Below are positions 1 to 8,039 of a stretch of 32,000 nucleotides of DNA, one piece after another. A program made the position numbers and the translations under genes. Each line of letters starts with the position of its first letter. Within the stretch, counting starts at the first letter, position 1. A model generated the notes under the pieces. That model was not told the origin of the DNA. It was given only the letters and a program-made list of their open reading frames with translations, and did not search any database. This DNA is from Rhodobacter capsulatus SB 1003. GTDB taxonomy: Bacteria; Pseudomonadota; Alphaproteobacteria; Rhodobacterales; Rhodobacteraceae. The stretch spans positions 3,030,001 through 3,062,000 of the forward strand of contig NC_014034.1 of assembly GCF_000021865.1 (NCBI RefSeq). The letters run 5' to 3'.

Positions 1-719
1 TCGCGCCGATGCGTGCGCAGCAGCCGTTCCTCGTTCCAGAGCGTGTCGATCATCCAAAGCCGTCCCAGCAGGCTCTGCCCCGCCCCGGTCAGGTGCTTGA
101 TCGCTTCCAGTGCCATCCGCGCCCCCACCACGCCCGGCAACGCGCCGACGACGCCCTTCGATTGCGCGGGCGGCAGGTGGTCGGGCTCGGGGAAGGTGCA
201 GGCATAGCAGGCCCCGCCCCGCCCCGGCGCATAAAGACCGATCTGGCCTTCCCATTGCGCGATGGCACCGGACAGAAGCGGCACCCCCGCCGCGACACAG
301 GCCCGGTTGATCAGATGCCGCGCCGCCAGATTGTCGGTGCAGTCGATCACCAGATCGAAGCCCGCGACCAGCACCGCCGTCTCGACCCCGAAGCGGATCG
401 CATGGGTCTCGATCTGCACCTCGGGGTTCAGATCGGCAAGCCGCGCCCGGGCAGAGGCGGTCTTGCTTTGGCCCAGCCGCGCCGTGCCGTGCAGCACCTG
501 CCGCTGCAGGTTCGACAGCGACACCACATCGTCATCAGCCAAAGCCAGCCGCCCGATCCCCGCCGCCGCCAGATAGAGCAGCACCGGAGAGCCAAGCCCC
601 CCCGCGCCGATCACCAGAACCGAGGCAGCATTCAGCCTGGCCTGTCCGACCGGCCCGATCTCGGGCAGGATCAGATGCCGGGCATAGCGGCCCTCGGGGT
701 CAAACGCGTGACCGTCCAT
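1..719 (-). CDS. moeB: Molybdopterin-synthase adenylyltransferase MoeB (ThiF/HesA family); 3' end cut by the window edge
   Basis: Absent from the ORF track because it runs off the window. The reverse-strand ATG at 717-719 lies 1 nt after the moaD stop. My translation is MDGHAFDPEGRYARHLILPEIGPVGQARLNAASVLVIGAGGLGSPVLLYLAAAGIGRLALADDDVVSLSNLQRQ..., which carries the ThiF/MoeB Rossmann GxGxxG motif. The + strand ORF 9..782 is its shadow frame. Confidence 0.8.
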   Translation of the reverse strand, partial: MDGHAFDPEGRYARHLILPEIGPVGQARLNAASVLVIGAGGLGSPVLLYLAAAGIGRLALADDDVVSLSNLQRQVLHGTARLGQSKTASARARLADLNPEVQIETHAIRFGVETAVLVAGFDLVIDCTDNLAARHLINRACVAAGVPLLSGAIAQWEGQIGLYAPGRGGACYACTFPEPDHLPPAQSKGVVGALPGVVGARMALEAIKHLTGAGQSLLGRLWMIDTLWNEERLLRTHRR

Positions 720-720
720 C

Positions 721-969
721 TCAACCCCCCGTCATCGGCGGGAAAAACGCCACTTCGCGCACGCCCGCCAGGGGCGCGGTGAAATCGGCCAGGTCCTGAT
801 CGAGCGCGACACGCAGCACCGCGGGATCGGCAAAGGCGGCCGCATAGCGCGGATCCTTCGCGCACAATTCGGCCACCAGATCGGCCACGGTCGCGGCCCC
901 GGTTTCCAACCGCTCGCGCGGCTGCCCGATCCGTTCACGGACCCAGGCAAAATAGACGATGTCCAGCAT
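721..969 (-). CDS. moaD: Molybdopterin synthase sulfur-carrier subunit MoaD
   Basis: 82 aa, ThiS/MoaD size, ending in the diagnostic C-terminal Gly-Gly (..FFPPMTGG). It sits between moaA and moeB with 1-nt gaps. A GGAGG Shine-Dalgarno is embedded in the last moaA codons. Confidence 0.85.
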   Translation of the reverse strand: MLDIVYFAWVRERIGQPRERLETGAATVADLVAELCAKDPRYAAAFADPAVLRVALDQDLADFTAPLAGVREVAFFPPMTGG

Positions 970-970
970 C

Positions 971-1984
971 TCAGCCTCCGGTGTGGTTCATGCCGCGGAC
1001 CATCTGGCCTGCGACGCTGCAGGGGCCGTAGCCGAAGGCATGGCCCGCAGGTTTCCTTGCGATCGCGGCGCGGATTTCCCGGGCCAGCGCTTCGCCCTCG
1101 ACGCCCGCGCGCAGCACGGGGCGCAGGTCGCTTGACCCTTCCTGACCCAGACAGGTGTAAAGCTCGCCCTTGCAGGTCAGCCGCACGCGGTTGCAGCTGG
1201 TGCAGAAATTGTGGCTGAGCGGCGAGATGAACCCGATCCGCTGCCCGGTTTGTGCCACCGTCACATAGCGGGCGGGACCGCCGGTATTCAGCCCATTGTC
1301 GATCAACCGGAACCGGGTTTCGAGATGTGCGCGGACATCATCAAGCGGCCAGAACTGGTCAAGCCGGGTGCCTGCGGGAATGTCGCCCATCGGCATCAGC
1401 TCGATGAAGGTCAGATCGCAGTGATGCGCCGCCGCCCAGTCGGTCAGGGCAAAGATCTCGTCGTCGTTCACGCCCTTCAGCGCCATCGCATTGAGCTTCA
1501 CCCGCAGCCCGGCCGCCTGCGCGGCGGCGATGCCCGCGAACACCTGTTCGATGCGGCCAAACCGGGTCAGCCGGGCATATTTCTCGGCCTGAAGCGTATC
1601 CAGCGAGACATTGACCCGCTTCACCCCGCACTCGGCCAGGGACTGGGCATGGGCGGCCAGCTGCGTGCCGTTCGTCGTCAGCGTCAGCTCATCCAGCCGC
1701 CCGGCGCGCAGATGCGTCCCCATCGCGGCAAAGAAAGTCCCGATGCCGCGCCGCACCAGAGGTTCCCCCCCGGTCACCCGCAGCTTGCGCACGCCAAGCC
1801 GGATGAAGGCGGAACAGAGCCGGTCCAGCTCCTCAAGGCTCAGCACCTGATTGCGCGGCAGGAAGGTCACGTCCTCCTTCATGCAATAGGAACAGCGCAG
1901 GTCGCAGCGGTCGGTGACCGAGACCCGCAGGTAACGCACGTCGCGGCCGAAGCCGTCGCAAAGGGGATCAGGCAGCATGGGCAA
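971..1984 (-). CDS. moaA: GTP 3',8-cyclase MoaA (radical SAM)
   Basis: 337 aa. N-terminal radical-SAM CxxxCxxC (CDLRCSYC), a second C-terminal Cys cluster ([18 protein letters not shown]) and the conserved C-terminal GG. Met3 (1978) is an alternative start. Confidence 0.95.
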   Translation of the reverse strand: MPMLPDPLCDGFGRDVRYLRVSVTDRCDLRCSYCMKEDVTFLPRNQVLSLEELDRLCSAFIRLGVRKLRVTGGEPLVRRGIGTFFAAMGTHLRAGRLDELTLTTNGTQLAAHAQSLAECGVKRVNVSLDTLQAEKYARLTRFGRIEQVFAGIAAAQAAGLRVKLNAMALKGVNDDEIFALTDWAAAHHCDLTFIELMPMGDIPAGTRLDQFWPLDDVRAHLETRFRLIDNGLNTGGPARYVTVAQTGQRIGFISPLSHNFCTSCNRVRLTCKGELYTCLGQEGSSDLRPVLRAGVEGEALAREIRAAIARKPAGHAFGYGPCSVAGQMVRGMNHTGG

Positions 1985-2534
1985 CTCCCCGGCTGTCGTC
2001 CAGCCAGTGATGCAGGGTGGTTTCGTCGGGCATCAGCAGCAAAGCCGCGCCCTCGGTGAAGCGGATCCAGTCGGGCAGGTTGCGCGGATGCAGCGCGGTC
2101 AGCACCGGGATCTCGCGCGCCAGCGCCGCGGCGATCACGTCGCGAAAGCCGCGACCCTCGGCCTCGGCCTTGCCGAAGCGGTTCAGGATCAGAAGATCAA
2201 GCCCGGCGTCGATCTCGCCCAGCAGATCCTGTGCGACCTGCGCCAGCGCGCCGAAATCCAGCCGGCAGCCGGTCGAACCGGGGCCGAGCGGCTGGGCCAC
2301 GGGCGTGCGGTGGCCGCTGGCCAGCGCCAGAAGCGCCATCTCGGCGCAGCGGCAGCCCGCCGCGGTGGCCGGACGTTCCTGCACCACGCCGCCGACGCGC
2401 AGGCCCTGCGCGATCAGGCGACGGGCAAAGCCCGCCAGAAGCGCATCGGGCGGCGTGTCCTGATAAAGGATCGCGGCCAGCGGGCCGATCGGGGCGCGGT
2501 CGGGGCGGTCGGATAACAGATCCTGCGCGGTCAT
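1968..2534 (-). CDS. DUF2478-family protein embedded between dorA and moaA
   Basis: ORF 1968..2579. I prefer Met16 (ATG at 2532-2534) because AAGGACCAAGGAC lies directly upstream and the first 15 residues are R/P-rich. The sequence pattern (..[30 protein letters not shown]..) matches my memory of the DUF2478 family. It overlaps moaA by 17 nt. Confidence 0.65.
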   Translation of the reverse strand: MTAQDLLSDRPDRAPIGPLAAILYQDTPPDALLAGFARRLIAQGLRVGGVVQERPATAAGCRCAEMALLALASGHRTPVAQPLGPGSTGCRLDFGALAQVAQDLLGEIDAGLDLLILNRFGKAEAEGRGFRDVIAAALAREIPVLTALHPRNLPDWIRFTEGAALLLMPDETTLHHWLDDSRGVAHAA

Positions 2535-2602
2535 GTCCTTGGTCCTTCGGGCCCTGGGTCTCGGGTCTTGGGGCAGCACCGCGCCCGCCGGCGCGGTGGA
2601 AG

Positions 2603-2624
2603 GGAGGGCCCCGGAGGGCCCTCC
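2603..2624 (-). terminator. GC-rich hairpin 15 nt downstream of the dorA stop (possible partial terminator or mRNA 3' stabiliser)
   Basis: GGAGGGCC (2603-2610) and GGCCCTCC (2617-2624) form a perfect 8-bp stem with a 6-nt loop. No U-tract follows, so read-through into the Moco genes is likely. Confidence 0.3.
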
Positions 2625-2639
2625 GTCAGGCGCAAGGGC

Positions 2640-5111
2640 TTATTCGGCCGCCTTCGGCGCGACAAAGCCGGTCAGGGTGACGGCGGGGCCGGTGTATTTC
2701 TCGACCTCGGCCAGCACGGTCTGACCACAGTTGCCCTGCGCCAGTTTCGACGTGCCGATATCGGCCGACAGCACGTTCACGTCGCCGTATTTGTCGAGCG
2801 TCCCCGCCTCGGTCACGTCCGAGGGATCATACCAGCCCCCTTCGTAGATCTGGATTACCCCCTTCATCACCGCATCGGTCACCTTGACCCCGGTCAGGAT
2901 CTGGCCGCGATCATTGTGCACCCGCACCACGTCGCCATCGGCGATGCCGCGCGCGGCGGCGTCGTCGGGGTGCATCAGGCAGGGCTCGTGCCCCTGCACC
3001 GCATAGCCTTCGCGCAGCACCGTGCCGTTGAGCTGCGAGTGCAGCCGGTTGAACGGGTGCGAGGCCGCGATGTGCAGCGGATATTTCGCCCCCGGCCCGT
3101 CGAGCCGTTCAAGCGGTTCCATCCAGGTCGGATGCGCCGGGCAGTCGTCATAGCCCATCTTCTCGATGTTCTTCGAGTAGATCTCGATCAGGCCGGTCGG
3201 CGTGCCCAGCGGGTTGAGCAGCGGATCTTCCCGGAAGCTGGCATAGCGCACGAAGTCCGCGCCGTCGGTGACCGGGAATTCCACGATCCCTTCCGCCCAG
3301 AAGGCGTCGAAGGCGGGCATCTCGACGCCGCCGGCTTTGCCCTGCTTGGCGGCATCGTCGTAGAAGGACTTGATCCAGCCCATCTCGTCCTTGCCTTCGG
3401 TGAACTCCTTGCCCTTGCCCAGCCGTTCGGCGACCGCGGCGAAGATGTCGTAATCGCTGCGGGCTTCGTAAAGCGGCTCGACGATCTTCTTCATCGCCAG
3501 GATGCCGGTGTTCGAATAATCGCCGATCGTCTCGATGTCGTTGCGTTCATAGCTGGTCGTCGCGGGCAGCACGATGTCGGCATGCCGCGCCGTGGGCGTC
3601 CACTGGAAGTCATGCACGATGAAGGTTTCCAGTTTTTCCCAGGCCTTGACCATGCGGTTGCGGTCCTGATGGTGCACGAAGGGGTTGCCGCCAACCCAAT
3701 AGGCCATCTTCACATCCGGGAATTTCGACCGCGTGCCGTTGAAGTCGAATTCGGCGCCGGGGTTTTCCAGCATGTCGACCACGCGCGCCACCGGGATCAC
3801 CGAAGCGCCGCTCGCCGCCAGCCATTCCGGCCCCTTCGTCGCCGCGCCGCCATCGGTGATGCCCGAAAGCGCCGGACCGCTGCTCGAGGGCGTGCCGCCG
3901 CCCGAATAGTGATAGGACAGCCCGAAGCCGCCGCCCGGCAGCCCGATCTGACCCAGCATCGAGGCCAGCGTCACCAGCATCCAATGCGCCTGCTCGCCGT
4001 GATGCATCCGCTGCATCGACCAGCCCGCCGCCAGCATCGTGCGTTTCGATTTGAACAGCCGCGCCAGTTCCTTGATCGTCTCGGCCGGAACGCCGCTGAT
4101 ATCCGACGCCCATTCGGCGGTCTTCGGCGTGCTGTCGGTCTCGCCCATCAGATAGGGCAGGAACTTGTCGAAGCCCGAGGTGTAGTTGGCGATGAAGTCC
4201 TTGTCATACAGGTCTTCGGCCACCAGCGTATGCGCCATGCCCAGCATGATCGCCACATCGGTCTGCGGTTTCGGCGTGACGTGATCCGCGCCGAAGAATT
4301 CGACCGTCTTGGTGCGGACCGGATCGATGACGATGACCTTGGTGCCCTTGGCCTTGAGCGCCTCAAGCCCCGGATAGGCGCCATGTTCGGGGATCACCCA
4401 GCCGATCTGGCTGGTCTTGATCGGATCGGCGGCCCAGAACACCATGACTTCGGTGTTTTCCGCCAGCACCGGCCAGGCGGTCTGCTGTTCATAGACTTCC
4501 AGCGTGCCGACCACATGCGGCATGATCACCTGCGCCGCGCCGGTCGAATAATCGCCCGCGCCGTTCACATAGCCGCCCGCCAGCGTCAGCATCCGGCGCA
4601 GAAGCGTGGTGCAATTGTGCAGCCGCCCCGGGCTTTTCCAGCCATAGGAGCCGCCAAAGACGCCCTGCGGGCCGTAGGTCTCTTCGACCCGTTTCACCTC
4701 GGCCGCGACCAGATCGAGCGCCTGATCCCAGCTGACGCGGACGAAATCGCCGTTGCCGCGGGTGGAGCGATCAGCATTCACGCCTTTTTCGAGGAATTCG
4801 CGCCGCACCATCGGATATTTGATCCGCGTCGGCGAATAGATCGAGTCCAGCACGCCTTCCAGCATCGGCGTCGGATGCGGGTCTTTTTCCCAGGGGGTGA
4901 AGGCGGTGGCGCGGCCGTTTTCGACCGTCGCGGTAAAGACGCCCCAGTGGCTGCCCGACATCACCGTGCCATTGGCCAGCGCCTCGGCGCGGGCGCCCTT
5001 GGCCAGAAGCGACGGGCCGAACATGCCCAGCGCGCCCGCGGCGACCGAGTAGCTGAGGAAAGCGCGGCGGGAAAGCTCTGCGCGCAGCTCGTTTCCGGAA
5101 ATCTTCGTCAT
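2640..5111 (-). CDS. dorA: Periplasmic DMSO/TMAO reductase, Mo-bis(MGD) catalytic subunit DorA
   Basis: 823 aa. It has a twin-arginine signal (LSRRAFLSYSVAAGALG...AKGARA). The full-length sequence looks like DorA/TorA-type single-subunit molybdoenzymes. Its ATG overlaps the dorD stop (ATGA at 5108-5111). Confidence 0.97.
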   Translation of the reverse strand: MTKISGNELRAELSRRAFLSYSVAAGALGMFGPSLLAKGARAEALANGTVMSGSHWGVFTATVENGRATAFTPWEKDPHPTPMLEGVLDSIYSPTRIKYPMVRREFLEKGVNADRSTRGNGDFVRVSWDQALDLVAAEVKRVEETYGPQGVFGGSYGWKSPGRLHNCTTLLRRMLTLAGGYVNGAGDYSTGAAQVIMPHVVGTLEVYEQQTAWPVLAENTEVMVFWAADPIKTSQIGWVIPEHGAYPGLEALKAKGTKVIVIDPVRTKTVEFFGADHVTPKPQTDVAIMLGMAHTLVAEDLYDKDFIANYTSGFDKFLPYLMGETDSTPKTAEWASDISGVPAETIKELARLFKSKRTMLAAGWSMQRMHHGEQAHWMLVTLASMLGQIGLPGGGFGLSYHYSGGGTPSSSGPALSGITDGGAATKGPEWLAASGASVIPVARVVDMLENPGAEFDFNGTRSKFPDVKMAYWVGGNPFVHHQDRNRMVKAWEKLETFIVHDFQWTPTARHADIVLPATTSYERNDIETIGDYSNTGILAMKKIVEPLYEARSDYDIFAAVAERLGKGKEFTEGKDEMGWIKSFYDDAAKQGKAGGVEMPAFDAFWAEGIVEFPVTDGADFVRYASFREDPLLNPLGTPTGLIEIYSKNIEKMGYDDCPAHPTWMEPLERLDGPGAKYPLHIAASHPFNRLHSQLNGTVLREGYAVQGHEPCLMHPDDAAARGIADGDVVRVHNDRGQILTGVKVTDAVMKGVIQIYEGGWYDPSDVTEAGTLDKYGDVNVLSADIGTSKLAQGNCGQTVLAEVEKYTGPAVTLTGFVAPKAAE

Positions 5112-5737
5112 TTGACTGTCCTTTCTTCCGGTTGGGGGATGAGTTCGTCGTGATCAAGCGCCGCCAGGAGCAGCGCCGCAGCCCCGGCAAAGAAGCCGGT
5201 GCGATCCTCGGCCCGGACCGCGGCGCAAAAGCCGGGCAGCCAGAGCCGCAGCCGGTCGCGCAGCGACCCGGCGCGCGGATCGGCATGGGTTTCAAGATGG
5301 GCGAGCAGCATCAGCTCGACCGAGAGATGGTCGGGCGCCTCGCAGCAGCCCTCGGCCAGACGCAGGTCGCAATCGGCCAGAAGCGCGGTCATCTCGGCCA
5401 CCGGGGCGCGAAACAGCCCGCCCTCGCTCCAGGCCGAGTCGTTCGGCGCCAGCGTGCGCTTGCCGCCCAGACCGAGGAAGAGCCCGTTGAAGGCGATGGT
5501 CAGCCGCGTCTGCAGCTGCGCCGTCTCCTGCGGGGCCGCCAGCGCGGCGCCGATCTCGGCGACCGGGGCGGCAAAGGCCGGTTCGGTCGCCAGCGCCGCC
5601 AGCCATTTCCGCCCCGCCCCGTCACGCAGCGCGGCCAGAGCATCGGCAGAGGGCGCGGCCAGGAAGACCTCGGCCAGCCAGTGCCAGAGCAGCGCGCGAT
5701 CGGCCAGGACGGCGGGGGGAAGGGTCATCACGGTCAT
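5108..5737 (-). CDS. dorD: TorD/DmsD-family maturation chaperone DorD
   Basis: The track ORF 5108..6388 is over-extended into dorC. Starting at MTVMTLPPAVLADRALLWHWLAEVF gives 209 aa. That ATG (5735-5737) overlaps the dorC stop as ATGA. The position between the cytochrome and reductase genes is the same as torD/dorD. Confidence 0.85.
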   Translation of the reverse strand: MTVMTLPPAVLADRALLWHWLAEVFLAAPSADALAALRDGAGRKWLAALATEPAFAAPVAEIGAALAAPQETAQLQTRLTIAFNGLFLGLGGKRTLAPNDSAWSEGGLFRAPVAEMTALLADCDLRLAEGCCEAPDHLSVELMLLAHLETHADPRAGSLRDRLRLWLPGFCAAVRAEDRTGFFAGAAALLLAALDHDELIPQPEERTVK

Positions 5738-6906
5738 TCCTCGACCTCCCCGCCCATGTCTTTCGCATGCATCTGCACGTATTTCTGCACCAGCCGGAAC
5801 TGTTCCTCGTTCAGGGGCGCCTTGGGCTTCATCGCATTCAGCGTGCCGATCCACTGGTTCGCCAGGAAATGGCTGGTATGGGGCAGCACGTGGCAGGTGC
5901 CGCAGGCGGCGCTGAACATCGAGCCCGCATAGGACCAGACCTTGTCGAGACTGTCGGTCAGATCGGCATTCTTCACCCAGACCGTCAGCGTGCCGTCGGT
6001 CCAGACCTGATCGGTGTCGGGATCGGTCATGCGCGCTCCCGGCACCACCGCGGCCACCGCCGTCGGCGCCAGCGCCACGTTGAAGATCCGCCGCCCCTGC
6101 GCGGCATAAAGCATCCGCTCGGCGCCTTCCTGCTGCCAGCCTTCCAGCTTGACCTGCAGCGCCTTGCCCGAGACCGCCTCGACCACCATCGGCGTCGCCG
6201 CGATCACCTTGCCCGCCGCCTTCACGCCGTCTTTCGGTTCGTCCAGATAAAGCTCGACCGTCTGCAGCGGATAGACCGTGTCGCCCGCCTTCGGCCGCAG
6301 CTGCCCGGCTTCGGCCTGCAGATCCTCGAAGAGCTTCTTGTAGCCCGAGGACATGTCGGGCAGCTTGTGCGCGATGCCCTTGTGGCAATCGATGCAGGTG
6401 CCGCCGTCCTTCATCGCCTGCTGCATCTGCTTGGCCGCATCGGGCTTGGTCTGATGCGCGAAATCCATCGCCTCGAAACTGTGGCAGGACCGGCAGCCGA
6501 CCGAGTCATTCGCCTTCATGTCGGCCCAGACGGTTTCGGCCATCTCGAGCCGGTGCGCCTCGAATTTCTCGGGCGTGTCGACCTTGCCGGTGATCTCGCC
6601 CCACAGATCCTTCGCGGCCAGCACCTTGGCCCGGTAAAGCCGCCAGCCCGATTTCGGCACGTGGCAATCGGCGCATTCGGCGCGCACGCCCATCGGGTTC
6701 ACGTAATGGACGGTGGTCTTGTATTCTTCGTAATTGCCCTGCATCGAGTGGCAGGACAGACAGAATTTCGTCGTCGTCGTCTGCTCGACCGCATAGTGAA
6801 AGCCGTTCCAGCCCAGCGCGCCGACGAAGGCCCCGCCCAGCACCAACGTGCCCAGCCCCCAGCGCGTGCTGGGCCTGCGCATCACGCCCCAGATTTTCCT
6901 GATCAC
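5734..6906 (-). CDS. dorC: Membrane-anchored pentahaem c-type cytochrome DorC (NapC/NirT/TorC family)
   Basis: Five CxxCH motifs (CLSCH, CADCH, CRSCH, CIDCH, CGTCH) and an N-terminal TM helix. I place the start at GTG 6904-6906, preceded by GGAGG with a 5-nt spacer. This gives (M)IRKIWGVMRRPSTRW, which aligns with the TorC N-terminus, and a 390-aa product. The track start at 7008 would run through the repeat boxes. Confidence 0.9.
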   Translation of the reverse strand: MIRKIWGVMRRPSTRWGLGTLVLGGAFVGALGWNGFHYAVEQTTTTKFCLSCHSMQGNYEEYKTTVHYVNPMGVRAECADCHVPKSGWRLYRAKVLAAKDLWGEITGKVDTPEKFEAHRLEMAETVWADMKANDSVGCRSCHSFEAMDFAHQTKPDAAKQMQQAMKDGGTCIDCHKGIAHKLPDMSSGYKKLFEDLQAEAGQLRPKAGDTVYPLQTVELYLDEPKDGVKAAGKVIAATPMVVEAVSGKALQVKLEGWQQEGAERMLYAAQGRRIFNVALAPTAVAAVVPGARMTDPDTDQVWTDGTLTVWVKNADLTDSLDKVWSYAGSMFSAACGTCHVLPHTSHFLANQWIGTLNAMKPKAPLNEEQFRLVQKYVQMHAKDMGGEVEE

Positions 6907-6963
6907 TTTCGCCTCCGGTCTTGCCACGGTCCGACCCCGTTCGAGTCCCTGTCTGGACCCGCG

Positions 6964-7020
6964 ATGTGAACCGCGTTGCGTCCGGTTGTGAACAGGATGA
7001 AAAATCATGTGAACAGGATG
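6964..7020 (-). promoter_or_regulatory. Three phased tor-box-like direct repeats, putative DorR binding sites of the dorCDA promoter
   Basis: TGTGAACAGGATG is repeated exactly at 6987-6999 and 7008-7020, 21 bp apart. A third copy, TGTGAAC, lies at 6965-6971, 22 bp further. In the dorC orientation they read CCTGTTCACA, close to the E. coli TorR decamer CTGTTCATAT. Confidence 0.6.
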
Positions 7021-7103
7021 TTAAAACCCGGAAAAACCACGGGAAATCGTGCGAAAATCATTGCCCGGCGGGGCTTTTGGCGCGATGACGGGGCAAAGGG
7101 GCC

Positions 7104-7805
7104 GTGATGAAGACGTCCTATCATATCCTTGTCGTCGAAGATGATCCGGTGGGGCGGCAGACGCTGGCCGCCTATCTGGTGAAGGACAATCACCGCGTCA
7201 GCGAGGCGGGCGACGGCGAAGAGATGCGCCGCATCTTCGCGCGGGGCGATGTCGACGTGATCCTGCTCGACATCAACCTTCCGGGCGAGGACGGGCTGTC
7301 GCTTTTGCGCGAATTGCGGCGGCAATCCGAGGTGGGGGTGATCATGGTCACCTCGCGGCGCGAGGATGTGGACCGGATCGTGGCGCTGGAACTGGGCGCC
7401 GATGATTACGTGACCAAGCCCTACAACATGCGCGAGATCCTGCCGCGCACGCGCAATCTGGCGCGCCGAGTGACGGCGGCGCGGGTGGTGAAGGCGGATG
7501 AGTCGCGCAAGAGCTTCGAGGGCTGGACGCTTGACATCGCGCATTGGACGCTGAGCGACCCGGCGGGCGAGGCGGTGAAGATGACAAGGGCGGAATTCGA
7601 ACTGCTGGCCACCTTCGTCACCCATCCGGGGCAGGTGCTGAGCCGCGATCAGCTGATGACGCATGTCAGCCGCCGCGGGCATGAAAGCTTCGATCGCACC
7701 ATCGACGTGCTGGTGCGGCGGGTGCGCCGCAAGATCGAGCCCGATCCGGCCAAGCCCCGGCTGATCGTCACCGTGCACGGGCTGGGCTACGTGTTTTCGG
7801 CCTGA
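7104..7805 (+). CDS. dorR: OmpR/PhoB-family response regulator DorR (TorR-like)
   Basis: 233 aa. Receiver domain (ILVVEDD...DVILLDINLPGEDG...KP) plus a winged-helix trans_reg_C domain (..IVTVHGLGYVF). It is divergent from dorC. The ATG at 7107 is an equally good start, since AAAGGGG lies 5 nt upstream of it. Confidence 0.92.
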   Translation: MMKTSYHILVVEDDPVGRQTLAAYLVKDNHRVSEAGDGEEMRRIFARGDVDVILLDINLPGEDGLSLLRELRRQSEVGVIMVTSRREDVDRIVALELGADDYVTKPYNMREILPRTRNLARRVTAARVVKADESRKSFEGWTLDIAHWTLSDPAGEAVKMTRAEFELLATFVTHPGQVLSRDQLMTHVSRRGHESFDRTIDVLVRRVRRKIEPDPAKPRLIVTVHGLGYVFSA

Positions 7806-7890
7806 GCGGCACTGCCCTGACCGAGGCCATCGCCGAGGTCATGCGGACCAGAAGTCCCGTGACCGCCGGGGGCCCAAAGGCCCTCGGCCT

Positions 7891-7916
7891 GCGCCCGCCC
7901 CGCCATCGGCGGGCGC
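7891..7916. terminator. Strong GC hairpin in the dorR/dorS convergent spacer
   Basis: GCGCCCGCC (7891-7899) and GGCGGGCGC (7908-7916) form a perfect 9-bp stem with an 8-nt loop. No U-tract. Confidence 0.3.
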
Positions 7917-7996
7917 ATTCGCGCCGCCGGGGCTGGGCGCAGGCCTCTGTCGTGCTTGGGGAAACGGTCTTGGCACAGGTGATGCGCCAGCGGGCG

Positions 7997-8017
7997 GGGA
8001 AAGGCAGTGCCTTTCCC
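7997..8017. terminator. Hairpin 23 nt beyond the dorS stop
   Basis: GGGAAAGGC (7997-8005), loop AGT, GCCTTTCCC (8009-8017): a perfect 9-bp stem that can form on either strand. Confidence 0.3.
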
Positions 8018-8039
8018 GATCCGCCCGAAACCTGGGGAC

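Noticed and set aside
2568-5153. 861-aa ORF on the + strand opposite dorA. The same applies to 8007..10613 (+, 868 aa) opposite dorS, 16751..20476 (-, 1241 aa) opposite the GGDEF-EAL gene, 21156..23249 (-) opposite acs, 23642..25492 (-) opposite actP, 25317..27437 (-) and 27573..29852 (-) opposite the DUF294 and exonuclease genes, and 12821..14917 (-) opposite thiD-thiY-thiZ.
   Set aside because: These are shadow frames typical of high-GC DNA, where stop codons are rare on the antisense strand. Their translations are monotonous R/G/P/A/H-rich strings without recognisable motifs. The opposite strand encodes full-length, motif-complete homologues of well-known families.
5738-6388. N-terminal 217-codon extension of the dorD ORF (track ORF 5108..6388)
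   Set aside because: The extension lies entirely inside dorC in another frame and has an A/G/R-rich low-complexity translation. An ATGA stop/start overlap with dorC at 5734-5737 gives a TorD-sized protein.
6907-7008. Upstream extension of dorC to the ATG at 7008
   Set aside because: It would translate through the DorR-box repeats. The GTG at 6906 has a GGAGG Shine-Dalgarno and restores the TorC-like N-terminus and length.
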